Part shown: one piece after another, positions 49,801 to 62,569 of the stretch
How the letters are laid out: every line of letters begins with the position of its first letter
Numbering within the stretch: the first letter of the stretch is position 1
From: Callorhinchus milii
Lineage: Eukaryota
Assembly: GCF_018977255.1 (NCBI RefSeq)
Contig: NW_024704757.1
Location: forward strand, 11,842,001-11,906,000
Reading direction: 5' to 3'
DNA length: 64,000 bases
Notes under the pieces: model-generated
Database searches by the model: none
What the model was told of the DNA's origin: nothing
Seen by the model: the letters and a program-made list of their open reading frames with translations, nothing else
Made by a program: the position numbers and the translations under genes

Positions 49801-52800
49801 GTTAAAGGCTGGCTGGGGGGGTGGTGGGGGAGAGCAAGCAAGCAGAATAATAGAGTAGATTGTACATCAAATGTAGAGATTGATGGACATAAAGGTATTC
49901 TCTAAGGTCATGTTTTACATTCTACAACATGAACTGTACCTTTTCTCATAGATCTCTGTAAACTTGAACAAGGGTAAGCAGCATGCTGGTGCATCTTGCA
50001 GGATAGACATGGTCTCAGAGCTGTGCATAATGAAAGACATTTGAGCGGCAGGAACAGTAATAAGCAAACCACAATGTTCAATTTTTTTTGTGACTAAAAA
50101 CAAGGCATGCACAAACAGAATAATCAAAGGTTGTATAGCTTGCTGCAAAAGCAAACTATGAATCGAAGCGAGTTATAAATGTTTGATAAACTGCATCTAA
50201 TATTGAGATTCTGATTTGCTCATCAAGGTGAGAGATCATCAGTGCCAGAGAAAGCAATTGTATTCTGGTTTACTTCAAAACATACATAGCACTTCTTACT
50301 GACCTCAACAATCGCTTTTGAGTTAGTGAAGAGTTATTGGAACTTTTCGCTAAGTTTTCAAAAACAAAGGTACTTTCAGCAAATACAATTTTTTATTTTT
50401 TTTAATAAAGTGAAAAATATTCCTTTCCTTGTTTTCTTTTAATCCTTGAGACAGCCAAAATGTAGTTTATCTAATAAAATCCAAATACACTTACCTGAGC
50501 AAAGCCAATGATTTGTTACTGCCTCCTGTGGCCAGCGACACCTGGACTCTCTTGGTTCCAACTTTATATCTATGCAAGTTATTGACAGCTGAGATTGCTT
50601 CCTGCAGATTGCCCATTTGTACAGTTGCTTTCAGTTGATAGTCTGTGTGAGGGCTCAATTCGACATTCTTCACCTATAAACCAGATCAACTTCAGGTCAT
50701 CGAACAAATCAGTAGAGGGAGAGGACAGAATCTGGCTCAGCTGCTAAGTTTTTTTTAAACTTTTGTTTTTCAATTTTTTTAAAATTTGCAGGATAGACAA
50801 CTATACCCAACACCTTTATTTTGTATTCATTTAAGAAGAGCTGTGAAGCTTCGAGTACTGCGATCATTTCAAAATCTAACCTTGCCATGTCTGGAGAAAA
50901 TGTCATGCAAGATTTGTTGTAGTTCCTTTCTGGACATTCTGTAATCCAAGTTGCTGATCTGTATGTCTGCTCCATTTGCAAATGGGTCAGCCTGGGAGTC
51001 ACAATAGCGATTCTGATTCGCATGATTCACACTCAAAGGAGAGGATCGATTTGAGAGGCTCGGGGATAGATTCCTAAAAGCAATAATCAAGGGAAACCAT
51101 CATCATAAATTGGAGTTGAAGCCAAACACAAAAAGGAAAGCAGGATTCATAAAGCTAATTTTTTAAATTTCTGACTAATGCCCACCTCCACAATTTCATA
51201 TCCATTACGAATGGTCACTTACTAAACATTTTCTTACACAAAGCAGTAAAAGACTGCAACTCCTACCTTAAAAATACAAGGATTAAATAAAACAGAACAG
51301 AAAGCCATCTCTACACCAGGACAAACAACAGGAGTGGTTTACCTTGAGGTTGCCAGCTTGCAAAATGCAGAAGGAGAGCTGACATGGAATTCAACTTTAT
51401 TCTTCTCAGTTTTGTCTACAGAGGATTCCAGAGAGCCTCGGGACGTTGAAGTGTCTCTTCTGTGTATCAAAACGGATGCACGCATTTCAACATATTAATT
51501 TTTAAAATCTACAAGAATGAGGGAACTCAGGTGGCGATCCAGGCACTTAGTAACTTGGCCGCCCTGGGGTGGGAGGGAGTGGAGGAGCTGCCCTGGGGTG
51601 GAGGAGCTGCCCTGGGGGGGGGGAGGGGCCACCCTGGGGGGGAGGGGGGGGGGAAGGAGCCACCTCTTTTTGTTGGCAGGTTTTGTAGGTTACTGCACTC
51701 ATTCCCACTGAGCTTATCAACAGTGTTGTAAATCAAAGAAAATAGTATTAATGACCATCCTATTCCTCAATTCAATTCCAAGGATAAGCATTTGTGCTTC
51801 CAAGATGTTATCCAGGAAGCCTTACTACAAATAAGATAATATAATAATGATTATTATTATTATTATATAAGAGTCATGATTAAAACAGTTAGTTTATAGA
51901 TGTAAAATCAAACTCACTTAAGGTTTCCACTGAAGGAATCTCCATTTCCCACTTGTTTAATGGGAGTAGCAGGGGAATACGATGAGTTGTTGTGATGACT
52001 TATTGACGGGGATTCATTTCCTTGCTTCTTGTTCTGCTGTGCACGAATAACTGGTTTGGTTTGGGATTCCATGCCACAAAGCTCCTATTAAAACAAAACA
52101 TTAAGCAAATTACATTTTTTTTGTAGTTTGAGGAGAACCATTACTCTCGCTTCTAAAGTAGTAAGATAGGGTTCAGACAAGTAGATAAATTCAGATAAAT
52201 CGTACCCTTAGGATTTCAAGATTTACAAAGCAATCTGCATAGGGCCAGGCAAGAGGCTACTCTATCTCGCTCACCTTTACTGCTCAGCTCCTCTTTTAGG
52301 ATCTTCACAGGCAATTTGTTCATCTGGCTCCTACCCCCAAGCCTAGGCACATCCCTTTAGGCTTCCTTGAAATTGGTGATTCTGTAAACATTACCTCAGA
52401 TTGATGCACTAACAATAGATTTTGCTGGATTCAGGTGCAAAAATGCTTGGCAAACTATAGTTCATTACATTAAAAAAAAACTAGAAGCAAATCTGATAAC
52501 TGTATTTCTCTACAGTTTTGCCTCAAATGAACAAACCTTACAAGAGATGTGATACCACTACTTACTAGTTTAAACTCCAGGCACTTCAAAGACACATAAG
52601 GAGATGGTGGGAAGTAAGTTTGTTTTACCAAAATGACATGTGCCTTGAAATACAATAAGCTGATAGACTAGTAAAGGCAATGACAAGTCAATACTTGAGA
52701 TAGAAAAGACATTATAACCCCTGGTACATGAGGCATTTATGGTATGATTACCACAGAGGACTAAAAGCTTCCAATTTAAATTATTAAGCCAGAGCTAAAA

Positions 52801-55800
52801 TACTAAATTGGATCCTAAACTTCCATTCTATAGAACAAACACCATATAATGTGCCTACCACCAGAGGCTATACAAACAAAGCTAGTCGTCTGACCATCCT
52901 CCACTGCTATTTGGGATTGCACAGATTGCATCTCTTCATTCAGTGCACCTGAATCCAGTGTTGACCAATTAGTCACTTTGTAGTAGAAAACTGGTTTGCA
53001 TTATTATGGATCATGCTGGTTTGGGATCCCATCGTATCCAAATATATCAAAGTGCAATTAGGCAGTGTCGGGACCAAAGATACATTTTTCACTTCTGGAT
53101 AGCCAAGTTAGGATATTTCATTGATGCTGTTAAATATTGATCTTGCATTCAGAAATAAACTATTGGTAATTAAGGTAATAGATCATTTGTTAACTATCAA
53201 CGTTGTTAACTATCAGGAATGGTGAACAGCAGTTTAACTTTAAAACATTCAGAAGGTTGTGATATTTGTTGCGATGGCTTTCATATTATTTCACACAGCT
53301 TTACCCTTTTCCCACCTACTTATTTTTCATCCTTAACTGCACATTTCAACATTTAAATTGTAAATCATTTACAAACTGGAGATCATACTCCACATGGTGG
53401 TAACATGTTTGCTAATATCTTACTGCCATAGATGAGCACCACCCGGATAACCAGAGACAAAAGTATTGACTAAATTAATTTGCAAAAGCATGAAAATAAT
53501 GCTAATGTGGTTTCCTCAACTCTTAAACTCTGACTCAATTTCTAAAATAATGTTCTGGACAATCCTATCACAGATCGCATTATGTCTATTGACAGAAAAC
53601 AGATTTTGTTGACATTCGGTTGTCATTCCCAACCCCAGTTGCTGTCCTCTCTCCACTTGTACCAAAAACAACTATAACTAAAATTCCAACTCAAGTACTC
53701 CACAATATAGTGTAACAAATTATTGTCCCCCCTACACAGTTTTATGTGTATTAATGTACAATTTACCTGTAAAATTCTGACATTGAGGTTTTTAAATGCT
53801 GATCCTTGGGATGCCAGCGTGTTCTTTACTGTAGAATTTTTACCATTCTGCACTTGCTCCTCGAGGTCTTTGTTCAGATGAGAAAGCTTTGCAAACTTGT
53901 TTGCCTTTTTAGGGGACTTTGTCTTTTCAACTGTAAGACAGTTATTTTTGTTCTCACAAAGATCTTTATTTTTTGGTGTAAACGACACTAGGATCTTATT
54001 ACCAAAGACGTCTTCATGTTCCATACGCTTCTGTGCCCGCTCAGCACTTTCCTGGCTTGTAAAACGAAGCATTGCACAGCTGCCGGTTATGTTTAAAACT
54101 TTTCCACCGCAATTATCAGACAAACGGCGCAGTCGGTTGCTTACTTGCTTACTGTCCCTGTTGAGTGGCAAATTGTATACGTACAGAAGGGTATGGCATT
54201 GCTGCAGAAAGAAAAAAAGGAAAGGAAGAAAAAGATAATCAGTATAATTTTTTGTCGTGGAAAATCTTAAAACTTAACATTAAAAAGAAACAATATCCCT
54301 CCTGCTCATCCATGGCATTTTAGTTTTATCTAAAAAGCATAAAAAACATTATTCTAAAACAAGACCAAAAATGATTTCACACATTCATCAAAAACTGATG
54401 GAAAGAAAAAGGCACCTTCTTCAGTTAGAAATAAAAGCTCAGGTAGAGACTGTAGAGTTGAATACATTCTTAAACAGAGACGGTTATAAACATGCTACAA
54501 TCCTGATTTAACTTGTTTAAGGGAGCTCACAAATAGTCTTTATATAATTATCCTTGCATTTGATAATCCGCTTTTCACGTCTTCAAGAAGTGGCCAATTT
54601 ATTATTGTTTTTTTTCTTGAGGGATTATTATCGGGCATGTGGAATAAGGAAACTTGCCCAAGGTTTCGCATTGCCTTGAATCAAACCCAGGTCTCTCGCT
54701 TGCCAGACGAGTGCTCTAACCACTGAACTACAGGACATAATAATAATCCTTGTATTTGATATAGTGCCTTATCATGTCTTCAAGACGTCTCAAATATATT
54801 GAATACAGTCTAGTTAAGGAGGGCCCAGCTTGTGTTAAAGCAATTGAAATACTGACTGGAGAAAACGTTGGAAACATATATAACTATTAAAAGTTCTTGA
54901 AAGCTCAGTTTATGCATTAAATCAGAAAGCTTGGTAATCTATTCATTTTGGATCAGGATTCACTTACTGGCATTTTCTCTGGTAATCTAGGTGGTAAATT
55001 AGACACAAATTCCTCAAATTTTACGTGCTTGTGTGCATGTTGGAGAAGAGCATCGGAAACTTGAACCTTGTGCACCAAGATGATCTGGAAACTGTGTCGA
55101 TGTCGGAGGTCACTCAGTTCGGATGCAAAGTTGACATCGGCTGCAAAGGTTTATGGCAAAATGATTAGAGCGCAATGAAAGGCTCAGCCACTTATAATTT
55201 TGCTCGCCTTAAGAGTTACGTCTTCTGGTGTTCTCCCCCACCACCCCCTTCAGCTTCCCCCGCCAAGCCAACAAAACATTGTCACTGTTCTGAACCTTGT
55301 AAAGAAACCCAGGAACAGAACAACAAATAAATCTTCTTCCTTCACACAAAACATTAATTTCAGTCATTTCATACACTCTGATCTAGCGACAATCTCTCAG
55401 CACCTCGGGATGTCCTCCCAATGTGAAAGGGTCTATAGAAATGTAAATTTGTATGCGTACTGTGTAACATCAAAATCAGAGCTATCTATCCACCAATACC
55501 AGCCTCAATTACTATGTGTTTCGCATTAAGCTTTCAAGCTTTTCTTTGGATCCTATTCATTTAAATATCTTTTGGTAAATATTTCAAATAACAGTGACTG
55601 AGTTCACCATAATAGTTGACTTGCGAAATAAGAATAGTGCACTCATATTTCATTTTGTTAGATGAATTACTTACTAGACACCAAAATAACAGTAGCTGGA
55701 GCAGTGTGAGTGTCAGCAAACCGCCTTAAACTCTGTCGAAGCTTATCATCTGCAGCATTCTTTGCTGTTGCATTGATATGTGCAACGGTCACCTGAAACA

Positions 55801-58800
55801 CACAAGAGATTCTAGAACTCATTTTCAATCCCATTCCCTGGAGGAAAAAAATATTGAAATGAAATAAAGAAAACACTGCCTCTATCCTCCGTCTTTCTCT
55901 CTCTCTCTCTCTTTTCCCCTCAGCTCAATCATTTCAATGTATTCTCTGCTAATGGTACTCATGGAATTATACCCCGACATCATCAGGAGAGAAGAACAAT
56001 GAACAGAAACAAATAAATAAATGTACTCTTAAACCCTGACCCAAGGGTTCCATCCTCCTACAATTCATACTTCAGACGGGTACTTCACCTGGCAGTTGTT
56101 AAGCTCCTGGATAACTTCCTTGTTCTCCTTGCTAATGTCACAGACACACATGAACTCAGCCTCTCTGTGCCCTTGAAAAAATCGTTCTCGGATTCGCTGC
56201 ACTACTGCCATGGCTGACCGTCCAGTTGGGACAGAGCAATTTTCTATGTCCCAAAACACTCCAATAGGAGGCAGATTCTCCTGTTGCCCGAGTACACCAA
56301 CATCAGGTGATCCTGGAAAATACATGACAGAATTTCAAACATATATGCTCCTTACTAATTAAAGCTGCATTCTCCCGCAACAATTTTGGAAACATTTCAG
56401 AGTCCACTAGTTCTTTGTGGCTGATTTTAGCCAGGAAAGCAGCTGGGCTCCGGATGCTTCACGTCCCCTACCTTCCTCGTCCCACTACTGGCGGGCCGGC
56501 CTTCCGCCACTCTGCCCCCACCTTCTGGAACTCCATCCCGCAGTCCCTCCGCCTCGCCCCCTCCCTTGCCACCTTCAAGACCCATCTCGAGATCCTCCTC
56601 TTCGACCGTGCTTTCGATCTCCCTGATTTTCCCCCTGCCCTTCACTCTCCCCCACCCCGACCTCCAGCTCGGGTCCATAACTCTGTCTGTCCAGTGTCTT
56701 GGGACATCCTCCCGACGTGAAAGGAGCTTTACAAATATAATTTTGTTGTTGTATATAACATTTCTGGTCTAATTTTGAAAAACTGGGGAAAGCACACAAA
56801 TTGAATACCTTGAGAATTTATTCAATCCTGAGGTACAATAATCAGAATGGAAACTACTTTGATAAGTACAGAGGGAAAATAGAAAACAAAGTATTATGAA
56901 GCAGTGGTGAAATAAATATTAGAATCACACCACACATACCGTACTTATGTGGCTGTGTGCCCAGGTTTCCAGCGGTTAATAATGATGTTTCTACTGCTTG
57001 ACCTTCAATTCGAACACCATTGCACATAGATATGGGTAGTGGAGCAGAGCGGGTAGGAGGGGGAATATTTGGCCAAATCTTTGCAGCAGAATCTCTGGGT
57101 GGCTGTGGCAGAGATGAAAAAGAAAATAATCCAAACATGAAAATCCTCTTCACTTTGTACAGTAAGTGACATGGCTTTTTTTTAAAAAATTCATTCTAAT
57201 TTTCCACAATTATTATGAATCTGGATGAAAATAATTTTCCAAAATTCTGAACAAGTTAATAATAAACTTGCATTTCACGTCTTCGAGATGTTTCAAAGAG
57301 CTTCACAGAATATACTGTAAAGTGACTATATATTTATTGGCGAAACACGGCAGCCAATTGCATAAAGCAACGTCCCACCAACAGTCGTGGATTGAGTGGC
57401 CAAATTATCATTGTGTTTTTTTTTAAGAATTATTGTCCCCAGAAAAGCGATCCACCAATTGACGAACAACTAGGTTCCAACTTACTACTAGGTAAACAGA
57501 GGTGTGTGGAGTAAGGAAACTTGCCCAACATTTCGTCCTGCTGGGAATCGAACCCAGGTCCCTTATTGCGATGCGAGCGCTCAATCACTGAGCTACAGGA
57601 CTCCACGTAAGCAGTTATAATGTTACGGCTAAGATTCCGGGGATTCAAAGGTTTTCAATCTTAACTGCTCATTTGGGGTAAAAAAGCTGCTTGTTTGGGG
57701 CAAAAAAGCCAATGAATGTCCACTGAGGGAAGGAAATGCAGGTCACCTCAGGTCAGTCTCACACACTTAGCAGCGATTATGGCAGAGATTTTGGGAACAG
57801 CTTGTCCTACCCTTTCTTGGCCAGATATTGTTCACCGGTGCTTCATTAATGGCTCAGTGCTGGTATTATTCTGGCTTACAGACCAAGGAGGTACCAGATT
57901 TCACTGGTACAGAATTGGGTAACCGTGCAGTCACCAAAATTGGTGCTGGTTTAGAGGCCGCAAGTACTTTAGAAAGATTAAGGCACACTATGAATTGTGC
58001 AATATCTTTACCCATATTGGAAAACTTAATCGACACTGTATATTAAATATTCCTGTCTTAACTTTCTAACCCCCTCCGACAATCATATAAACAAAAAAGG
58101 TATACAGACCTTGTTTAAACAGTCGTCACAGCAAGGAGAACCTTTCAGAAAAAGAGGTTTCATGTGCAAATGCAAAGGGCTGTTGCAAACATGTTTATTT
58201 ATTTCGGCTTGATTCACGTGATCTTCCAAGTGCCCACCAACCCCACCTGTGAGTTCTGTACAAGGGAAAAAACTGGATGTATTACAGCTCGGGTGCAGAG
58301 GAACTTGGTGAAGCTTGTGGACACCAGCACGGAAAGGCTGCAGTTGTTTAAACAGGCTTCCACAACACGACAGGTGCTGGGCAGGTGGCTGAAGCTGACA
58401 ACCCGAGACGACATTCTCCACATAGGTGGCAGTCAAGTGGCACGAAACTGTGTCTAAACGGTCATTAGCTGCAGCCACCTTACAAGCCTTTGGCGAATAA
58501 AATGCAAGTCCCGAACCTATTTGACACGTGACTGTTCCAGTGCTTTTGGCTTCTAAACTTCCATGATTTACTGAGTGAACACGACCGCCACCATTGTGAA
58601 TTGAGAGGGAGCACGAAGCCTCATTACCGCCAAGAGGGCAGTATCTTACTTTCGTGACAGTTGACTGCTTCTGTTGAAAAGGCTGAATGTCAGAAGATGG
58701 GGCACTTGGAAAGAGAATTGTGCTATCATGAAGGGAGGGAGGTGGAATATCCTTCAGCTTAACCATAAGTTTGTTCCTCTCCATGTACGTTTTCTAGAAC

Positions 58801-60269
58801 AAGAAGAAAAAAAACAATTTACGGCTAGCATCAGCAATGTCAGTGGAATATTATTACTGCATTTCTCATGTTGTCAAACTGTACACAAACTAAATAAATC
58901 TGCAATTCCATACACAGGGCCTTCAATTTGCATTCCATCAATCCTGCCTCCTGCCCAGAAGCATAGATTGTTAAAAACACACACAAATAAGGATAAAAAA
59001 TATGAATCTGATGGAAAATAGACATAAATTAGATTAACCTTTTTGTTAATACTGTAAATTCCTTTGAAGAAACAAAACTGTTCCTACTACTGACTTGGCA
59101 GTCAGTGAGTTTGTACACCAAAATAGTCATGCTCACAGAGACAAGATTTATTTGTTCACTAAATTTATCATGGTGCTAATTGTACAGAAAGCCAGTTACC
59201 AATATGGCGAACCGAATACAGTATCTATTGTGTGCAGTTTCCTTCATCTATCTTTTTTCTTTAAATCGCAGACAGGTTCACGAGTACAACAAGTTTTCCT
59301 TCAACTCTAACTACAAGATCATCTGGTTTGTCTCACAGATACTGTTTCCTTGCTTTTATTCACCTAAAAAAAACATTTCATTTGAATATTCTTTCTCCTC
59401 CTGACTAACATTTGTTAAGGACTTCAAAGCCATCTTATTAACTCACACAGACACTACTTCTTTACCATACTTTTCACATAACATAGACAATCAATTTACG
59501 CATCCCTTTTTCCTCATTTGTAAACCCAACCAATCAAGGATGTTAGATAAAGACAGTCCATCTGGTTACCCATGCTTTTCTCCAGACAAAGTTAAGGACA
59601 TTGGATAAGGAAAAGACACACATCACATTACTTTCTCACAAGGTTACAAAAATTACATGAGTAGTCATCAACAAAATTTTGACTTAAAGGTACAGCAGTA
59701 CAAATTTTCAAAAGCTCAGTAATTTTCCATTATAAGCAAAATACACAGCAGTAATAGCAGCATAACAGTCAACTTAAAGTTTCATTGGTCTACAGTCCTT
59801 GCTGCCCTCAGCAAAAGTATATTCCCATAATGATCGAGCTATTGTCAAGCGTGAGTGCAGACATAGCGAACATAATGTCACTGTAAATTTTGCTGATATA
59901 TGCAACAATATAATGAACCAGGCTACTGTTTTTCCATGTCCAGGTGTCCTCTCCTCCAGAACTGTATTAATACTAAACATGAGTAATAATACATATTGTG
60001 CTCTCAATATCTGCACACCCATAATTTGGGTGCATATTTTGTTAAAAAAAGCAAATATGGCATCCACTACAATGCACTGTAATACAATGAAATATGCTGA
60101 AATTAAAATTTACCGTTTTGTTACTAAAAGGTAATGTCTGTTCAACAGTTGAAAAGCAATTGGAGATTTTCCAGAGCCAATGGTTTGAAAGACCACCATC
60201 ATCATTGGGTCGATTCAGCCGTCCAGCAGGCCTACTGCAGAAGGAATTCTCCTTTCTGTTGCCATCCAT
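37597..60269 (-). CDS. MARF1: MARF1 (KIAA0430/limkain-b1), meiosis regulator and mRNA stability factor 1; 26 coding exons, 5220 nt, ~1739 aa; NYN nuclease, two RRMs, tandem LOTUS/OST-HTH repeats
   Basis: [96 protein letters not shown]; every junction GT-AG and phase-consistent by hand. Confidence 0.97.
38529..38699 (-). CDS. MARF1: MARF1 coding exon 25
   Basis: SNQTEQDLL...[18 protein letters not shown]...IQFEE. Confidence 0.93.
38868..39332 (-). repeat. Intronic duplicate of MARF1 3'UTR segment 36935-37379
   Basis: Colinear similarity, e.g. acagacagaagtgaacaa.actggaggttagattatatagttacaagtcaccca and aagtgcaggattttagcaaaacgttcttgtgcatttt in both. Confidence 0.93.
39441..39593 (-). CDS. MARF1: MARF1 coding exon 24
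   Basis: ttccag|..[11 protein letters not shown]...ETSSS A|gtaagt; open and in phase, poorly conserved. Confidence 0.82.
39908..39968 (-). CDS. MARF1: MARF1 coding exon 23
   Basis: [20 protein letters not shown]. Confidence 0.94.
39990..40600 (-). mobile_element. L2-clade LINE 3' portion (ORF2 C-terminus and tail)
   Basis: [17 protein letters not shown]...[10 protein letters not shown]...[26 protein letters not shown]. Confidence 0.9.
41413..41625 (-). CDS. MARF1: MARF1 coding exon 22
   Basis: [14 protein letters not shown]...LVAISQ|gtaaag. Confidence 0.95.
42054..42284 (-). CDS. MARF1: MARF1 coding exon 21
   Basis: [16 protein letters not shown]...LPYLVE|gtgaga. Confidence 0.93.
42368..42595 (-). 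CDS. MARF1: MARF1 coding exon 20
   Basis: [10 protein letters not shown]...LCHIAK|gtaggt. Confidence 0.95.
43223..43541 (+). mobile_element. SINE, internally deleted subfamily
   Basis: Intact tRNA head but lacks the ~65-bp ctctgtttacctagcagtaagtagg...cgcttttcc segment. Confidence 0.87.
43731..44029 (-). mobile_element. SINE, internally deleted subfamily, inverted relative to the 43223 copy
   Basis: Same deletion; tail-to-tail orientation. Confidence 0.87.
44095..44297 (-). CDS. MARF1: MARF1 coding exon 19
   Basis: [16 protein letters not shown]...IPEVLQ|gtgagt. Confidence 0.95.
44550..44980 (+). mobile_element. L2 3' fragment (second subfamily) inside a SINE
   Basis: Similar to 61706-62040; SINE tail at ~44527-44550 and SINE body 44985-45325 on either side. 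Confidence 0.78.
44985..45325 (-). mobile_element. SINE body and head
   Basis: Reverse complement of the family sequence. Confidence 0.85.
45686..45819 (-). CDS. MARF1: MARF1 coding exon 18
   Basis: [16 protein letters not shown]...SIPKR. Confidence 0.95.
46511..46653 (-). CDS. MARF1: MARF1 coding exon 17
   Basis: [12 protein letters not shown]...GQAYH. Confidence 0.95.
47214..47434 (-). CDS. MARF1: MARF1 coding exon 16
   Basis: PWLLRCKSP...EAVPHVLQ|gtaagt. Confidence 0.94.
48114..48289 (-). CDS. MARF1: MARF1 coding exon 15
   Basis: FPDCYAAEF...[14 protein letters not shown]...HNKPPLPNT. Confidence 0.95.
48594..48713 (-). CDS. MARF1: MARF1 coding exon 14
   Basis: [39 protein letters not shown]. 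Confidence 0.95.
49506..49742 (-). CDS. MARF1: MARF1 coding exon 13
   Basis: [13 protein letters not shown]...HCSDNDF. Confidence 0.95.
49940..50020 (-). CDS. MARF1: MARF1 coding exon 12
   Basis: [26 protein letters not shown]. Confidence 0.95.
50495..50673 (-). CDS. MARF1: MARF1 coding exon 11 (RRM2)
   Basis: [16 protein letters not shown]...SLALL. Confidence 0.95.
50881..51073 (-). CDS. MARF1: MARF1 coding exon 10
   Basis: NLSPSL...[17 protein letters not shown]...RHGK|gttaga. Confidence 0.94.
51343..51459 (-). CDS. MARF1: MARF1 coding exon 9
   Basis: RDTSTSRGS...[18 protein letters not shown]|gtaaac. Confidence 0.85.
51918..52084 (-). CDS. MARF1: MARF1 coding exon 8
   Basis: taatag|[10 protein letters not shown]...SGNL AA|gtgagt. 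Confidence 0.88.
53767..54201 (-). CDS. MARF1: MARF1 coding exon 7 (RRM1)
   Basis: [12 protein letters not shown]...NVRILQ|gtaaat. Confidence 0.95.
54968..55140 (-). CDS. MARF1: MARF1 coding exon 6 (NYN end)
   Basis: [15 protein letters not shown]...[10 protein letters not shown]|gtaagt. Confidence 0.95.
55675..55792 (-). CDS. MARF1: MARF1 coding exon 5 (NYN)
   Basis: [18 protein letters not shown]...ILVS. Confidence 0.96.
56089..56312 (-). CDS. MARF1: MARF1 coding exon 4 (NYN start)
   Basis: SPDV...VFWDIENC...ELNNCQ|gtgaag. Confidence 0.96.
56435..56752 (+). mobile_element. L2 3' fragment
   Basis: [37 protein letters not shown] and tail. Confidence 0.85.
56940..57102 (-). CDS. MARF1: MARF1 coding exon 3
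   Basis: [16 protein letters not shown]...HKY G|gtatgt. Confidence 0.9.
57258..57605 (-). mobile_element. SINE, full length
   Basis: Ends ctgagctacaggactcc, the reverse complement of the head. Confidence 0.87.
58110..58793 (-). CDS. MARF1: MARF1 coding exon 2
   Basis: KTYMERNK...CDDCLNK|gtctgt. Confidence 0.92.
60114..60269 (-). CDS. MARF1: MARF1 coding exon 1
   Basis: ATG with upstream in-frame TAA; ends ACG|gtaaat. Confidence 0.9.
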
Positions 60270-60427
60270 AATATAGCTTTACAGATGTGCTCAACATCCT
60301 TTCATCTATCCTTCCTGTCATTCTTCCTTCCTGTACTTAAAAAAAAGCAGATTGTAGTCATATGGCAAAAACAAATCATGAACTAGAAATCACTGCATCA
60401 GATTTTAGATCGCCATGATTTCATACA

Positions 60428-61370
60428 ACACAATTTGGAAAAGTGCCTTTCACATCAGGATGACATCACAAGGCGCTGAACAGTCAGAGATTAGGACCCG
60501 AGCAGGGGTTGGAGGGGGGGAGATCAGGGAGGGTGGCCAACGGCACGGTCAAAGAGCAGGGTCTCGAGGCGTGCCTTGAAGGAGGCAAGGGAGGGAGCAA
60601 GCCGAAAGGAAAGTGGGATGGAGTTCCAGAGGGTGAGGGCAGAGAGGCTGAAGGCCTGACCAGTGATGGTGGTGTGGGCCAGGCGAGGGGCATGGAGCAG
60701 GCCGGAGTCTTGAGCGGAGGGAGCAGGCAGGGTTAGCAGGTCGTAGAGGGGAAGGCCATGGAGGGCCTTGAAGGTGAGGACAAAAATTTTGAACTCGATC
60801 CTCTGAGGGATGGGAAGCCAGTGGAACTGGGTGAGGTCGGGTGTGATGGGGTCACAGAGCATTGTACGAGAAAGGACTAGAGCTGCAGAGTTCTGGATGA
60901 TCTGCAGCTTGTGGAGGGAAGAGTTGGGAAGGCCGAAAAGCAGGGCGTTGGCATAGTCGAACCTGGTCGTAATGAAGACATGTATGAGGGTTTTGGCGGC
61001 CTGAAGTTTGAGGCAGTTGAGGAGGCGGGCAATGTTGCGGAGGTGGGGGAAGGCAGAGCATGTCATGTTGGGGAGAAAGGACAGTTGAAGGTACAACAAG
61101 ATGCCAAGGTTCCTGCCTGGCTTGGGTGAGGTGGAGTGTGCATACATGGCTGCTGATGCTGCCAGTGCCTGAGGTGAAGAAGTGCTAGTGCGAGCCAACA
61201 GGAGGGCATCGGTCTTGCTGACTTTCAACTGTAGAACGCTGGCTCTCAGCCAGGATTTGACGTCTGACAGGCAGTCTGTCAGGACATCAGTGGTCCTGGT
61301 GTCGAGGGTGAAGGCAGTGAGTTGGATGTCATCCACGTACATGTGGAAGTTGACCCCATGTTTGTGGATG
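60428..61370 (-). mobile_element. L2-clade LINE, ~0.95 kb, including the RT catalytic region; decayed
   Basis: HGVNFHMYVDDIQL (YxDD motif), FITTRFDYANALL.GLP, LPIPQRIEFK; open frame 60524-61342 with apparently degenerate stretches. Confidence 0.9.
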
Positions 61371-61705
61371 ATAACAATAATAATCCTTGCATTTGATGTA
61401 GTGCCTTATCACATTTTCGAGACATCTCAAAGCGCTTCACAGAAAATACTGTGAATTGACTGTAGATTTTGTGGGTGAAATGCGGCAGCCAATTGCGCAC
61501 AGCAGTGTCCCACCAACAGTCGTGGATTGAAGTGACCAATTTATTATTTTTTTTTGAAGGAATTATTACCCCCGGAAAAGTGATCCGTCAATCAATTAAC
61601 AACCGGGCTCCTACTTACTGCTAGTAAACAGAGGCGTGCGGAGTGTGGAAACTTGCCCAACGTTTCACCCTACCAGGAATCGAACCCAGGTCTCTCACTT
61701 GCAAG
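61371..61705 (-). mobile_element. SINE abutting the L2 5' break
   Basis: Family body. Confidence 0.86.
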
Positions 61706-62569
61706 GCTTCAAGATCCTCACACCCATGTTCAAATCCCTTCACTCCTTCACCTCCCTACTTCTCCAACCTCTGCACTCCACCACCCAGCGCCTTGGTTTG
61801 ACTGGCACCGGCCTCCTGCTCGTCCATCTCATGCTCCGCCCCACCATTGGAGCTTGCGCTTTCAGCCACTACCCCCAAACTCTGGAAGAGTCTTCCTCAA
61901 TCCCTCCGCCTTGCCCCCTCTCTCCCCTTTTCAAGTCCCGCCTGAAAACCTTCCTCTTCAACCGTGCTTACGGCCACCTTCCCCCGAGCTCGGAGTCAGG
62001 CTCTGCCACTGTTAAGTGCTCTGAGACGCTACCCTCTGATGTTACCAAAAGGGAGCATGTACAGGTTGAAGCGGAGAGGATTTATACAGCTTGCTGTTTA
62101 AATTCTTGTATTTATTTCCTCCATATTTCACCTTTTACTTATTCTAAAAACACTCAGCGCCTTGGGACATCCTCCCGATGTGAAAGGATCTATACAAATG
62201 TTATTTTCTCCCCTCTTCAGGTCAACCGCTGAGACACAGACTGGCAGGAGATTTTAGAGAGATAAAACCTTTTCAGGGAACAGACAGATTCAAATAATCA
62301 CCAATGCAAATTATTACTGCCCTTGACCTTAAAAGATTACTACTGGAAAATGAACATTGGATAATGTGACCTTGGTAATACTATATAGCATACAATTCCA
62401 TGCAGCTATTTTAAAACATTCTGAATCAACTCCCAACTCTTTCATCCTTAAATTTGTCGCACTTCTTTTCCAAGCTATGCTGCCCAGACAATCTAAAAGA
62501 TTATTTGTTCTAGCTCAGACATTATACTTCAAGCTTATACACATTAAGGATTATATACACTCAATTTGA

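Noticed and set aside
51222-51270. Possible extra MARF1 micro-exon (acceptor-like tttaag/gtag and donor-like gtaagt on the minus strand)
   Set aside because: The boundary combinations I tried give the wrong phase or a stop, and coding exons 9 and 10 already join in frame; a poison exon cannot be excluded without RNA data
51525-51700. GC-rich island with a short tandem duplication and G-runs in a MARF1 intron
   Set aside because: Low complexity, no recognisable exon or RNA; G-quadruplex potential alone is not evidence of function
60524-61342. 272-aa RT-like ORF as a domesticated or active gene
   Set aside because: 5'-truncated L2 fragment cut at the catalytic motif by a SINE, with apparently degenerate stretches; similar fragments at 39990 and 62570
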